Source of the DNA: Hypanus sabinus
Lineage: Eukaryota
NCBI RefSeq assembly: GCF_030144855.1
Contig: NC_082706.1
Span: 22,320,001 to 22,384,000, forward strand
Direction of reading: 5' to 3'
Length of the DNA stretch: 64,000 nt
Below are positions 1 to 13,064 of this stretch, piece after piece (positions within the stretch are counted from its first letter, which is position 1; each line of letters starts with the position of its first letter). The notes under the pieces are model-generated. The model saw nothing but the letters and a program-made list of their open reading frames with translations. It made no database searches and was not told the origin of the DNA. The position numbers and the translations under genes were made by a program.

Positions 1-1059
1 CACTGTTACAATTGTACTCGCAATGAGGCTACAGGGTATTCACCCTATTATCTGATGTTCGGGCGGGAAGCGAGGTTGCCCATTGACGTGTGTTTTGGAG
101 GTGGAGTGGGTGAATTTCCCGGGAAGTCCCATCTAAAGTACGTGTCCGACATGAAGAGGGAGTTACAGCGGGCGTACAAGTTGGCCGAGGCGGCGGCTAC
201 CAAACAAAATCAGAAGAATAAGATGCGGTATGATCGAAAGGTGAAGTTTGTACAATTATTACCGGGCGACCGGGTCCTTTTACCGAATTTGGGACTCCCT
301 GGTAAGCACAAGTTGGCAGATCGATGGGCGGCCAGCCCCTATGTAATAGAGAGCCAGATGCCGAACCTGCCCGTTTACCGGGTGAAACCTGAGGATGGAA
401 AAGGGCCTATCAAGGTACTCCATAGGAATCACCTGCTGCCACTGGGTCAAGCGGTGCAGGTGGATAAGGAGCCCAAGTGGGAGGTTACGCCCAGTACAAG
501 GACTCTGCGAGGGCGCGGAGAACGGGAAGAGCCCGCTGCTGAAGAGCGGGGACGGGTCCCTCACCCGGGAATGGCTACCGATTCAGAGGAGGACGACTCA
601 GATGAGTGGGCCCTGTTCCCATTCGCTGGTGCTCCAGTACCAGGAGAGGAGGCTCCTGGCCCTTCCCATACTGAATTGGGTGAGAGGAGGGAAGGTCTTG
701 AGGGTCAGATGGAGAGGCAGCCTACATTGGTGGGAGAGAGGGTGGAACCCGAGCGTGAGCCGGAGAGATCTCAGGTGAGGGAGGACCCCTGTGAGGAAGG
801 GGGTGCGGGTCTGTCAGGTAGACCTGGGGTGTCCGAGACAGTGGGTTCGCAGGTGACGGGGGAGCCCAGTGGGGCAGAAGGGGTATGGAGATCTCAGAGG
901 ATTAGGCGCCCCCCGGAGCGGTTGACATATGTGGTACCGGGAGAACCGAGTGTGATTTCTACTGCTCTGGGTAGTTATGTCACTGCTTTCTGCACCTGTG
1001 TTGGGTTTTGTGTGTTGCAAGAAGCTTTGGGGACCTCTAGTAATGCCATGAGGGCATGA
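1..1059 (+). CDS. Gypsy pol, integrase C-terminal part (5'-truncated by window edge)
   Basis: The 55..1059 ORF is open in frame back to base 1; integrase core end, GPY/F-like motif and low-complexity tail. Confidence 0.85.
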   Translation, partial: HCYNCTRNEATGYSPYYLMFGREARLPIDVCFGGGVGEFPGKSHLKYVSDMKRELQRAYKLAEAAATKQNQKNKMRYDRKVKFVQLLPGDRVLLPNLGLPGKHKLADRWAASPYVIESQMPNLPVYRVKPEDGKGPIKVLHRNHLLPLGQAVQVDKEPKWEVTPSTRTLRGRGEREEPAAEERGRVPHPGMATDSEEDDSDEWALFPFAGAPVPGEEAPGPSHTELGERREGLEGQMERQPTLVGERVEPEREPERSQVREDPCEEGGAGLSGRPGVSETVGSQVTGEPSGAEGVWRSQRIRRPPERLTYVVPGEPSVISTALGSYVTAFCTCVGFCVLQEALGTSSNAMRA

Positions 1060-1080
1060 CATTTGCTGGTGGGGAGAGAA

Positions 1081-1693
1081 TGTACAATGTCCTGGGTATG
1101 TTACTCAAAATGGCCTCTTTGGTTTGTTACAAGTAGGAATGTTTCTTTGTCAGATAAGTGTTTCTCTTGCTGTTGTTTCACTTTAGAATGGCTGATATGG
1201 TAATTGTATTCATTTGTTAATCAATGGGGAATGTCATTGTGTCTTGTGATGCTGGGAACTTGGGGGAGGGGTTTTCGCGGGTTTTTTGGGAGAGGCCGAG
1301 GAAGACGCTGAGGAAGGTGGACGTGTGCTGGACTGCTCGTAAGACCACCGGGGTGGTCGCAGGTGCGACGGCCGGATGGGTCGATTGGTTCGTTGATTGA
1401 GCTCCAACGAGTGCACTAAACAGACTGAACTTTGATAAGTTGGCGCCTTTTGTTTTTTTCCTTGTATATATATATATATATATATATTTATTGTATTGCC
1501 TACTATTTTTTTAATTTTAGTAAACTCTTTAAAGTGTATTTCATAACGGTATTTGTTGTGGGTTTGATACTGTGGGCGGGCGCGAGGCATTAAATCGATT
1601 CTCACAGCACCTGCGTGTACGGGAGGTGGGTTGGAGAGTGGCTGGATCTCCTTTTCCCCTAGACATATACCAGCCTGTTGGGTAAGGGTTACA
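1081..1693 (+). repeat. 3' LTR of the Gypsy element (613 bp)
   Basis: TGTA...TACA termini directly after the PPT; similar ends to the solo LTR at 56685-57339. Confidence 0.85.
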
Positions 1694-2309
1694 AATGAAA
1701 TGTTATGAATCATACCTTCCCTTAGTATACCAGAAATGTCCTTAGATTCTCAAAATGCTATTGCTAAGGGTTCTATAGCTAAAGCAAAAAGTAAAGGACT
1801 AAGAGGGCAACCTTGTCTAGTTCCCCACTGTAATTTAAAGGGCTTAGAAATTTGGGAGTTAGTAATAATCTGAGTGGTAGGAGACAAGTAGATTAATTTA
1901 ACCCAACGAATAAAATTAGGTCCAAAATTAAACTTTTCTAAGGTCTTAAAAAATAATTCCACTCAATCCTATCAAAGGCTTTTTCTGCACCTAAGGATAA
2001 TGTATTTTTTTGGATGGTGAATATATCACATTCAATAACTGATGTATATTAAAATGTGAGTAACGATTTTTAATAATTCCTGTCTGGTCATGTGATATAA
2101 TAGATGGTAAAATACTTTCAAGTCTTCAAGCTAAGATTTTGGATAAAATTTTTGCATCAACATTTAATAAAGAAATCGGTCTGTATGAAGAACATTCAGA
2201 TAGATTTTTATTTTTTTTTAAGAATAAGAGAAATAAAAGCTTCATAAAAAGATTGAAGGAGTTTACCTGATTTAAAGGACTCTGATGAAACAGAGGATAA
2301 ATAAGGTGT

Positions 2310-2554
2310 TGTAGCGGTGTCGGTAAACTGCAGTTAAAGAAAGATTTTATTCGAACTTCACAGCCTTGCTTTAAAGCCTCCCTGATCCCGCCCTCCCCGG
2401 GTGCGGATGCTGTAGGGGCACGTACTCACAATTCCCCGCAGGCTTTTCCCTTTGTTGGTGAAGCAGACCTGGCGCCCTTTTGGGACTGGCCTTTCTGCCG
2501 GCGCGCTGGCTATTTGTGAGCCGGTTCGAGTGCGCTAGGAAGTGGGTCGCCACA
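2310..2554 (-). mobile_element. Solo LTR (245 bp) inserted in L1 ORF2
   Basis: Termini TGTAGCG...CGCCACA; 4-bp TSD GTGT (2306-2309 / 2555-2558). Removing it restores the L1 frame FYKTFTTLLT|PYLSSV. Minus-strand AATAAA near 2346-2351. Confidence 0.85.
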
Positions 2555-3257
2555 GTGTAAGTAATGTAGTGAAAGTTTTATAAAACTCCCCAGGAAAGCC
2601 ATCAGGTCCTGTGGTCTTACGAGAATGTAAAGCACGTATAGCCTCAGCCACTTCTTCATTGGAAATAGGGTGATCTAACTGTGTTAGACTACCAGCAGAC
2701 AATGTAGGAATGTTGATATTACTGAAAAAAGCATTCATATAGGTATCATTTGAAGAGTCAGACTGATAAAACTTAAGGTAAAAGTCTTTAAATACGTTGT
2801 TAATTTCAGAGTGGTCGGATGTCTTAGTTCCATTATCTTTAAAAATTTCTGTGATTTGATGATTAACTGTAAAAGATTTTAAGCGATTGGCTAATAAACT
2901 ACCAGTTCTATCCCCGTGAACGTAAAATTGAGTTTTATCTCTCAATAGCTGTCGTTCAATTGGGTAAATCAGCAGAAGATTATACTTGGATTGGATTTCA
3001 ATACGCTTATTATATATACTTGGATCTGGAGACAGGGCATACTTTCGATCAAGATCTTTTAATATCGCTGCTAGGTCAGACCTTCCTTTGTCAGCTTTTT
3101 CCTTTATATAGAGATAATTTCTCCACGAATATATGCTTTAAAAGTATCCCAGAGTATATTACCAGCAGTATCTCCTTTCAAATTTTCTTTAAAGAAAAAA
3201 GTAATATGGTTTTCCAAAAACTTTAGAAAATTTTTATCAGATAACTAAGTTAAAAAG

Positions 3258-4004
3258 TCAACTTCTATTTGGTACAGAGTAAACAGGTAGTCTTAAAGCC
3301 AGAAGCACAGGTGCATGATCAGACAAAGCAATCTCCTTATAATCACAGGATCGTACCAGTGGAAGCAAGTTTCTATCTATATTAAAAAAATCAATCCGAG
3401 AGTACATATGATGAACCTGAAAGAAATATGAATATCCCTTTTCTTGGGAATGTAAAAAATGCCACACGTCAAGAATACCACATTGAACTAAAAAAGATTT
3501 AAAAAGTAGGACTAATTTATTAGTGACAGGGATTTTACTTGAAGAGCGGTCTAATATAGGGTCAAGCCAAAAATTAAAATCTCCACCCATCACTAAGGAA
3601 TACCGATTCAAATCAGGCAGAAAAGAGAAAAGATGTTCAAAGAGCAAGGAGTCATCTGTATTTGGAGCATATACATTCGCAAATACAATTAGTTTATTCT
3701 CAAGACTACCTGAAACAATAGCAAAGAGCCCATTTGTATCAGAAATTACATTATATTGAATAAAGGATACATTCTTATCAAACAGGATAGAGACGCCTCT
3801 CGATCTAGATTGAGGGGGTGAGTGAAAATGTATACCCTTCCATCCTTTGAAAGAACGTGAAATATCATCTTTATGAAAATAGGTTTCTTGGATAAAGATT
3901 ATATGAGTTTTAAGTTTCCAGATATAAGAGAAAATCTTATTTCGTTTTACAGGGTTATTTAGACCTTTCACATTAAAACTGAGTATATTAATAAAAGAAT
4001 CCAT
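3258..4004 (-). pseudogene. L1 ORF2 endonuclease domain (truncated by stop)
   Basis: MDSFINILSFNVKGLNNPVKR...LSDHAPV, APE-type endonuclease motifs; ATG at 4004. Confidence 0.85.
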
Positions 4005-4997
4005 CAAGTATCCTTTAGTAATGTATAAAAGGTAATCAGACATGCAGATAGTGAATAAATAAAACAGTAAAAACATCCAATCAGCTTTATGGAAGAACCT
4101 ATTTCCCCCCCTCTCCCTCCCCCCAAAGAGAGAAATCAGCCAAGGGAGGCTGAAGACTAATTCTAACGTTCCCAACCCAAAACTCCAGTGGCTCCAGAAA
4201 ATATATATGTATAGCTGTGCTGAATAAACGATTGTAAATATATATATCTACAAAAACAAAATATCAAAGTAAATAAGTTCGCTATTAAAAAAAAACCATG
4301 GGAAAATATAAGTATTAGTCTCGGTAAAAAAGGAAAGGCAGATAAGGAAAATCAAATAAGGAAAATCAATAAGTAAAACAACATATACTTGCGGGTGCAA
4401 AAAAAGGAGTAAAGAAACAAATAGAAGATAATTAGAAAGGGAAGCAGTTTAGATAGCTTCCTACATAACTAATTTAAGGCATTCAAGGGAGAGAAAAAAA
4501 TGACAAAATGGCAAAATAATTAATGAGAAATATAGAATATTGTACACTATTGAAAAACAGTAAAAGACCGAAAGGTGTATAAATAATCAAAAGATAGGAA
4601 AAATCTGAGTGAACTTAAGGTAAAGCAAAACACCGTATAGTTTCATTCCTCAGTAATTACTACATGTACACCCTACATAATTACTTTCAGTCAAATTACT
4701 AAAGGGAAGGTAAAAATCAACATAACACTGAGAGAATATAACATATTGTTTAAAAAGAGCTGCGAAAAAGTAACATTAGAGGACCCATATAAAGGCAGAA
4801 AACAGCAAAAGAGAAAATGGATGCAGTCTGCCTGCATGTTTTTCATAGTTTGAAAGATAACAAGGCGCCAGTTACTTAATCAAACAAATGATTAAGACTT
4901 CGTAAAACCAAGAAACCTTGTTTATCAACAAAGCGCCAATTACTTGATTGAACACCTGAAATTGAAACATTTAGCATAAAGCAACTCAAGGTTGAAT

Positions 4998-5762
4998 TTA
5001 AGCATGGAGACTATGTAAAAATTTCTTAGCTTCTTCAGGCTTCATAAACCAAGAAACCTTATTATCAGAAGTAGTAACCTTGAGTTTAAACGGATCTCTG
5101 AGAGAAAGGCCACAGCCAAGCTTAAAAAGATCAGACATGACCTCTTTAAAAGCCTGTCCAGCTCTTAGAACTTCTGGTGGATAATCTTGAACGATCCGAA
5201 ACTGTTGATCACGAAATTGTAATATATGTTTCTTCCTTGATTCACCAAGGATTTGTTCTTTAATCTGATAGTCATAAAAGCGAATGATAATAGAGTGAGG
5301 TTTGGCAGGATCCCAATTAGGCGGGGTAACTCGGTGAACATGCTCAAATTTTGATAGTTCCGATAATATATCAGGGAATAAATCTTTCAGCACTTGAGCA
5401 CAAAAATCAATAGGTTGATTACCCTCCAGTTTTTCAGGAAGCCCAAGAATTCTGATATTGCACCTGGTCCTGGTCTCCAAATCTGTAAGTTTCTTCAGTA
5501 ACGCGTTGTATTTTTTAAGTTGTTCCTTAGAAATGTTCTTGAAACCTTCGATATCCTCCTGCAACACTGGCAGAGATTCTTCGTGTAGCTTAATACGAAT
5601 TTCGTGGTCATTCACAGTCTGCTGTATACTTCCAAGTTTCCAATTAAGCGTTTTCAGTTCAGATTTAACCAGGTCGAAGGAATTCTGTAACAAGTCAAAC
5701 TTGGTTTGCAAGTCATCCAGTTTATCCAATTTTTTGAGTTTCTCTGACATTTGTTGAAACAT
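4998..5762 (-). pseudogene. L1 ORF1p (coiled coil + RRM/CTD, transposase-22-like)
   Basis: Heptad coiled coil followed by NIRILGLPE...HRV...IIIRF...FRIVQDY, typical of vertebrate L1 ORF1. Confidence 0.8.
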
Positions 5763-6997
5763 TTCAGTCGAAGTCTCTAAAGTAGTCTCTTTTTTTTGAG
5801 TGCTTTCTACTCATGGTGCTCTCACCGAGATAGGTTTAAACAGCAAAGTTAGCGAATAATTTTGGAGCACATAGATACTGCAACCTACTCCATTACAGCC
5901 ACCGCAAGACTCCCGGAGTTGTCTTTGTTTCAGGTTATAAATCCTAGTGCAGTGTTTCAACCCAAAACGCTGACAAGTCTACCCCACACCTCTCCTCCAT
6001 AAATGCTGCTTGACCCACTGAGGTCCTCCAATGGACTGCTTGTTGCTCCTAATCCCACCATTTGCAGTATCTTAAATAATAGAGCCTGCTGGCCTTGGGT
6101 TTAGACCGTTTCTCTCGATGTGCAATTGGTGTCAGTCTTACTAAGCATCTCTGGCACTTCCTGCTTTTATTTAAGATTTCTACCATCTCCGACTTCCATC
6201 TTTTAATCCATGGATAACTCTAATGTAACTCAGTTCTCTCTCTGATACTTTCCATTCTCTAGACCTGTTCTATTCTATATTTTACAATGAGGTTTTTTTC
6301 TCTCTTCTATTCTATTTACACATCCTCAGATGAGATGATATTAGCAGCCTTCAACACAATCTCCTGTTCAATGTCAAACTGCATCACTATTCTATCTGAC
6401 ATTTCATTTGTTCTATCCTTACCCTTCTCTGCGGAATTAAATACCTTATTTTTCATTTCAAGTCTAAAGAAAAATCATCAATCCGAAGCGTTAACCCTGA
6501 TTCTCATTCCACACATGCTGCCTGACCTGCTGAATATTTTCTCATTTTCTATTTTTATTCTGGATTACCGGGATCTGTAATTCTTTTTGCCTTTTCACTA
6601 ACAGATCATTAGTTATTTATCCTTGCGGTGTGTAAACTGTCTGACATATTTCCAAATATCTTGTAAATTGTTGAATACGCTCCTGGGTGTTCTGAAGTTG
6701 TAAAAGGGCACATTAAAAATAGAAGTTCAATCTTTCTTTGGCAATGCCACTGTATGACAAATGACCTTCTTCAAGGTGCCAAACCCCTATATTGGTCAAA
6801 ATCTTTTTAAGAAGATAGGAGGAAACAGGAATTAAAATGATTTCTTGAACATTCAGGAACACAAGAGCTTGAAGTTGGTTCACTGCTAAATGGAATCATA
6901 GAAATCAACTTTAATTGAGTAACCCTAAAAATTGGTGCACAGACCAAATTAACATAGAGGATGATTAATAAATTAAACATTCAAAACTGTAACTTAC

Positions 6998-7094
6998 TAT
7001 CATCATCAAAACCATGGGTCCTAGGTAGATGATCAAGAAAAAGAATGCAATCATGGCCAGAGTCAGAATTCCTCGTACCCACCAATTCTTCCAT
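6998..7094 (-). CDS. CDS2: CDP-diacylglycerol synthase 2, coding exon 3 (97 nt)
   Basis: ttgatag|A TGG AAG...ATG ATA|gtaagt; encodes (R)WKNWWVRGILTLAMIAFFFLIIYLGPMVLMMI, which matches CDS2 rather than CDS1; phase fits exon 2. Confidence 0.95.
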
Positions 7095-7208
7095 CTATCA
7101 AAAAGAAAACAAATTTAATTCCAACTCTAAGGATTAAATCCACATCACAAATGTGATTGCTAGTCAAATCCTGTGCTTAATTTTTCAGTTTCCAAAATGT
7201 GGTGGATC

Positions 7209-7940
7209 AAGACAAAGGAGATGATAGTGGATTTCAGGAGACATCCCCCCGTTATGTCCCCCCTCACAGTCCACGGCAGCCCTGTGTCCACCGTGGAGAA
7301 CTTCAGGTTCCTGGGAACCACCACCTCTCAGGATCTGAAGTGGGAGCAGAACATCAGCTCCATCCTGAAGAAGGCTCAGCAGCGGATGTACTTCCTGCGG
7401 CTCTTGAAATATGGTCTGCCTCAGGAATTGCTGCTGCAGTTCTACACTGCAGTCATTGAGACTTTCCTGTGCACCTCCATCACTGTGTGGTTTGGAGCCG
7501 CCACCAAGCAGGATAGAACCAGACTACAGCGCACAGTGAGGACTGCCGAGCGCATCATTGGAGCCTCCCTGCCCTCTATTGTGGACCTGTACTCTTCCAG
7601 GTTGAAGAAGAGGGCGGGGAACATCATAAAGGACTCCTTCCATCCTGCGCACGGACTGTTTGAACTGCTTCCGTCTGGTAGGCGCTTCAGATCCCTCCAG
7701 ACTAAGACTAATAGGCACTGGAGAAGTTTTTTCCCTACTGCGGTCACTTTGCTGAACAGTTAACTGCCGGTTAACTGTCGGTTAACTATTACTTGGATTG
7801 CACTACCTGTATGTATAATCTATATTTTCATTTATATTTATCATTATTATTGGTATGAGCAGAGAGACAACATCTGCTGGAAGTAAATTCCTTGTATGTG
7901 CACAGGTACTTGGCGATTAAAGTCTGATTCTGATTCTGAT
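7209..7940 (+). mobile_element. 5'-truncated Rex1/Babar-type LINE 3' end
   Basis: KTKEMIVDFRR...FRFLG...KKAQQRMYFLR...LLPSGRR RT C-terminus (ORF 7173-7763), 3' UTR and (GATTCT)n tail at ~7922-7940. Confidence 0.8.
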
Positions 7941-8188
7941 TACCAAACTCACCAAATGGAAGACCCATGCTATATCACTGGTTTTCTGCTTGCATCAAAA
8001 ATAACACTTGCAGTTGATCCCATTAATGTCCCTGATAAGCAAGTCTGGCATAGGTCAACATCATTTGTCCGTCAAATTGCAAGTATAACTCTTCAAGATT
8101 AAAGTGAACTAACTGCTATTTACACCTTTTACAGAGAGAAACTTGAGGAGCACAACAACAAATATTCGCTTTGTTACTAATACTGTAC

Positions 8189-8310
8189 CTTGAAGACAGT
8201 CCTGACAGAGCCTTGTTCAGTACCTCTGGAGTGTTATCAACAGGGGGGGAAACATCAGAGCTCCCTAATTCAGTTTTCACCTCGTTTCCAGTTGTCAGCA
8301 ATTCAGTTTC
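8189..8310 (-). CDS. CDS2: CDP-diacylglycerol synthase 2, coding exon 2 (122 nt)
   Basis: atttag|GAA ACT GAA...TCA AG|gtacag; ETELLTTGNEVKTELGSSDVSPPVDNTPEVLNKALSGLSS(R), with the CDS-family D.TPEVLN.ALS.LSSR motif; phase 0 in, phase 2 out. Confidence 0.93.
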
Positions 8311-8699
8311 CTAAATTAAAATAAGATCCAGCAGTTAACAATTGACTTAAAGGAGTAATGCTAGATAGGGAGAAAAGGTTACCCAACATCTGAGTAAGAG
8401 TTAAGAGTCTGTGAAACATTATGTGCAGGCACAGGAATCCAACCTTCTAACTTCTAACACCATAAGAGCCAAAACCCTTTATATAAAGTTAGTATTTCAC
8501 TTAACGTGGCACCAAGTAGCCCTTACAAAATTGAAGTCAATAGGCATCAAGGGAATAACTCTTCACCACTGGGAGATATATGTCTCACACAAAAGAAGTT
8601 GATAGTGGATAGTTAAATAATCCCGGACCCAGGTCATCATTCCAGGAGTCCCTCAGAGTGATCTCCTAAGCCTAATCTATAGAATCTATGTGGAAACTA

Positions 8700-9175
8700 T
8701 AGAAAGGATTTACAACAATGTTGCCTGGATTGGGGGGCATGCCTTATGAGAATAGGTTGAGTGAACTCGGCCTTTTCTCCTTGCAGCGATGGAGGATGAG
8801 AGGTGACCTAATAGAGATGTATAAGATGATGAGAGGTATTGATCGTGTGGATAGTTAGAGGCTTTTTCCCAGGGCTGAAATGGCTAGCACAAGAGATAAC
8901 AGTTTTAAGGTGCTTGGAAATAGGTACAGAGGAGATGACAAGAGTAAGTTTTTTTTTATGCAGAGAGTGGTGAATGCGTGAAATGGGCTGCCGGCAAAGG
9001 TGGTGGAGGCGGATATGACAGGGTCTTTTAAGAGATTCCTGGATAGGTACAAAGAGTTTAGAAAAATAGAAGGCTGTGGGTAACCCCAGGTAATTTCTAA
9101 GGTAAGGACATGTTCGGCACAGATTTGTGGGCCGAAGGGCCTGTATTGTGCTGTAGCTTTTCTATGTTTCTGTGT
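8700..9175 (+). mobile_element. CR1 (HER1-like) LINE 3' end
   Basis: RFT.MLPGL...YENRLSELGLFSL..RMRGDLIE C-terminal motif; tail GGGCCGAAGGGCCTGT...TTCTATGTTTCT. Confidence 0.85.
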
Positions 9176-9479
9176 TAATCATACTTAGCTGCTCCATTAC
9201 TTACTTCCTTCCATCAGAAAGTCAGAAGTGAGCATATTCATCCATCATTGTACAATGTTCATTTTCACTAGCACACTACAGCGAATGAAGATGTCCAGCC
9301 TCTGTCCAGTAAGACCTCCATAATACTTGCATGAACTGATGCTGCAAGTAACATGACCACACAATGACCATCTCCAGCAAAACAGAATTCAACCAGTTAC
9401 ACTTGACATTCAATAAAGTTATTGCCATAGATCCTCCCATCATCTTTATTGCAGTGAATTGGATTAGCCATGTAAATTT

Positions 9480-9935
9480 TAGAAAAATATAGAAAACCTA
9501 CAGCACAATACAGGGCCTTTGGCCCTCAAAGTTGTGCCGAACATGTCCTTACCTCAGAAATTTCTAGGGTTACCCATAGCCCTCTATTTTTCTAAGCTCC
9601 ATGTACCTATCCAAAAGACCCTATTAAAAGACCCTACCGTATCCGCCTCCACCACCTTTGTCAGCAGCCCATTCCAAACACTCACCGCTCTCTGAGTAAA
9701 AAAAGTTACCCCTGACATTATCTCTATACCTACTCCCCAGCACCTTAAACCTGTGTCCTCTTGTGGCAACCATTTCAGCCCTGGGAAAAAGCCTCTGACT
9801 ATCCACACCTCTATCAGGTCACCTCTCATCCTCCATCGCTCCAAGGAGAAAAGGCCAAGTTCACTCATCCTGTTTTCATAAGGAATGCTCCCCAATCCAG
9901 GCAAAATCCTTGTAAATCTCCTCTGCATCCTTTCA
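9480..9935 (-). mobile_element. CR1 (HER1-like) LINE 3' end, inverted relative to 8700-9175
   Basis: ORF 9584-9928 MQRRFTRILPGL...RMRGDLIEV; same 3' tail on the minus strand. Confidence 0.85.
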
Positions 9936-11330
9936 ACTCACCATTATGATGAAGACCCTTTGCCTCTGAAGTTATTTTAGTTAACAGTACAGGCACAAGG
10001 GAAAGAGGGAAGGAGACATTTGCAGTTTGATATCATAGTCATAGAAAAGTACAGCACAGAAACAGGTCCTTCACCCCATCTAGTCATCTATAGGAGGAGG
10101 GTAATTTTAACTGAAATGAAAAGAGCAAGGTACTGAATTGCTTCACAAGTTTCCACATAGCTTCTACATTTGACATTCTATTTCTGTTTGAAAGTTTGCT
10201 TATCCTGCTTGCTCAAATATTTTACATTTCTCACTGACTCATGCATTTCTTTGTCTTGATATGGTCTGGAAACTGCTTGACTGATGTTTTTATTAGATGA
10301 GAAAGATTCAGCTCATTTCCCACATGGGAGTGTTTCTTGATCTGTATGCTAGAGTGGGTCATATTTCCAACTCTGTGTTACCCACACAATTTACTTCCTG
10401 TGTATCTATTAAATGTATTTTTACCCCTGACATCCAACAGTAATGCAAGTGAAATCAGTATTTTGTAATACCTCTTACCTTAGAGTGATGAGAGACAATT
10501 AAGTACACTTCAAAAACTAAACTAAGGAAGCATTTAATAACTGTTGAAATAAATCTGCAGAAGAGCTGGCAGATTTCCTTGCTTGTAGAGAAAATACAAT
10601 CAGTCTCTCTCTGGGGTCCTACAGCCCAATGGAATAGAAGCAGCAAGTATGTAAGCATGTAGCCATTGCCTACAGTATTTGGATGTCAGCAGCTCAGGTT
10701 AGGTCAGTACTGCCATTATTCTCTTGGCTACTGAAGCAGCAGCAGTAAGAATGATGCAGTGCCTAAAGGTTAAAAACTAATGCCATAAGCTCAAACTTCT
10801 CTTCGAACGCACCACCAAATGCTGCACAGCGCCCTTCTTCCCATCCAGTATTTGTGTGCATATGTGGAGTGTCAAACTCAAACAGGCTTTTGGTTAAATT
10901 ACCAATGCCACTGAAAGTCTTCGCCCATTTTCACAAGGCCTCCAGCAAAGGAAACTGGACAATGATCAGATGCCAACCCTTCAGTCCGATTAGTCAAAAG
11001 AACAAATTGAGAATCTATTTCTGCTAGTCTCAGGACAAAAGCCTTGTTGAATGTGTGCCTGCCTAGCATATGCAAACAACATGTTCTTATAAGGAAATGT
11101 CTGCTGTCATCATAAGATCTCTGACCTCACTCTGTTTTAAAAACCAATGGTAATCACCAACCCAAAAGATTTTGAAAAGTTCCATTTGAGAAAATCAAAA
11201 ATAATTGACCGTTACATCAGTTATAGCTAACATCAGCTATACTGGCTAGTAGGCTGCAGAGACTATGATAAGCTAACCTAATTCTTCAATATCCAACAAG
11301 GACAGGTGTCAACCAACCACAGTTCAAAGA

Positions 11331-11560
11331 AAATGCAGGAGGAACTCAGCAGGCAAGGCAGCATCTGTGGAAAAGAGTAAACAGTCAATGTTTTGGGCCA
11401 AGACCCTTCATTAAGTCCTGATGAAGGGTCTTGGCTCAAACGTCAACTGTTTACTCTTTTCCATAGATGCTGCCTGACCTGCCGAGTTCCCCCGACGTTT
11501 TGCGTGTGATGCTTTGGATTTCCAGCATCTGCAGATTTTCTCATATTTGTGACTGTTGAG
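11331..11560. mobile_element. Palindromic Penelope pseudo-LTR dimer with decayed hammerhead motifs
   Basis: Inverted arms GAACTCAGCAGG...GACCCTTCAT / ATGAAGGGTC...CCTGCCGAGTTC. CTGATGA at 11418-11424, but the G of GAAA is lost. Imperfect flanking repeat AGTTCAAAGA / AGTTGAAAGA. Confidence 0.75.
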
Positions 11561-13064
11561 AAGTTGAAAGAGAGTTAGTTTTTCATGATACTTGAAACAA
11601 ACACCCCCAGTAAATTCTTGATGGTCAAGTCTGAATGAATTATCCAGTCCCAGACAAAGACAACAGCATTTCAGTGTACAAAAAATAAGGTGTTTCATCA
11701 TCTGGCCTTATTGATAAAGGGTCTAATTTGTTTTTTAGTTACATAAAATCACATAAAACATTTGTACATTGGTCATAATTTGAAATAAAAATACAGATGA
11801 TTGTGAAATGGGTGACAAAAAAGGATATTTAAATTCAGAATTTTCTTTGAAGTCCAATTACAAAATACAGTTATGAAATTTAAATGAGTCAATTGCTTCA
11901 CTGCAGCGTGTAGCTCTCTTGTGCAATGGACAGGTTAAACCCCCTTATATATTTTATCAGTTATATAATATTCCTGGTCACTTTCTGGTCTATCTCATCT
12001 CCCTGTTCCTCAGTTACTTATTTCTCTTCCACCATCCGTATAATTGAGTTGTGATTCTGCAGAAGGCTAATGTGCTTGTCCACCACTAGCTTCTATACTG
12101 TATGCATCCAAACTAAGGCTGAATTGGTCCTCAGCTTTCTACACTTAAGCACAATTACAGCAATTCCAGCTAATCCATGTCTACAATCTAGAAACCATTC
12201 AGCATAGAACACAATTAACAGAGACACAATCCCACAAGTGAGCAATTTTTCAGATGTCACTCCCTTTATGTGATATAATAAACATCAGTCTATTCCAATC
12301 TTAAGGTTGGTATGATTCAGGGAAGAGCAAGGGGCTGACCTTATATACCCGGAATCTTTGCTGAGAAAAATGATTAAGTGCTTACTAATTACTTCATGAA
12401 GATCTGTAACAAACTGCTCTGTGTATATTGACATCTATTTCACTGAAGTATTGCTTTCACTTCAAAATTAACTCATTCTTTTAAAATACACTAAAATAAT
12501 CAGGAGATGTGTAAAATTTCTTCCCTTGCCTCAGGCCTGTCATATCTCAGATACATTTTCAGATTTCTCTTTTAATTTGCTGCTCTGAAAGATTCTGGAA
12601 ATTATGGTCACCATCCTATCCATGCTGAAACCATTTAGGTTTCAAGGAAGGCCTCGCATGTGGTCAGAACTCTAGCTACTTCATATCATACCATCAAAGT
12701 AAGAGAAGGGTGTTATGTGCATCCGGAAAAATTTGAATAACCACTATAGTTTGGGTTTAATTACTTTAACATAGACATGGACAGACACTATCAGTGATTA
12801 ATAGCAATCTACATGAGGCAATAATTTAGAGAAACCCTAGAGCATCAACATTTTCAGCATTGGGTAGCATTACATCTCTTTTAGGAAATGGGCCCGTCCA
12901 TAACTGATAGTCTTAAATGGGCAATACCAATGACACTCTGACTACCGTCTCAATCCACAACTTACTCTTTGATATACAGCTTGAGACTCTTGCAAGACGT
13001 CCTGTTTGGGATCAGAATGTGAAATGTTATTATACTAGACTATAGTACTATTTCCCATTATACA

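Larger units (their letters stand above)
1..1693 (+). mobile_element. Gypsy/Ty3 LTR retrotransposon, 3' end (integrase C-terminus, PPT, 3' LTR), inserted into L1 ORF2
   Basis: Open frame 1-1059 with integrase motifs (YNCTRNEATGYSPYYLMFGREARLPID, W..PY, RSQRIRRPPERL). Polypurine tract GGGGAGAGAA at 1071-1080 immediately precedes an LTR TGTA...TACA at 1081-1693. L1 RT sequence (minus strand) lies directly beyond 1693. Confidence 0.9.
1694..5915 (-). mobile_element. L1-clade LINE (5' UTR, ORF1, ~1 kb spacer, disrupted ORF2), in CDS2 intron 3
   Basis: ORF1 4998-5762; APE endonuclease (SFNVKGLNN, IQET, NVYAPN, GGDFN, SRIDFF, SDH); RT fragments ([31 protein letters not shown]); several frameshifts and stops. 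Confidence 0.9.
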
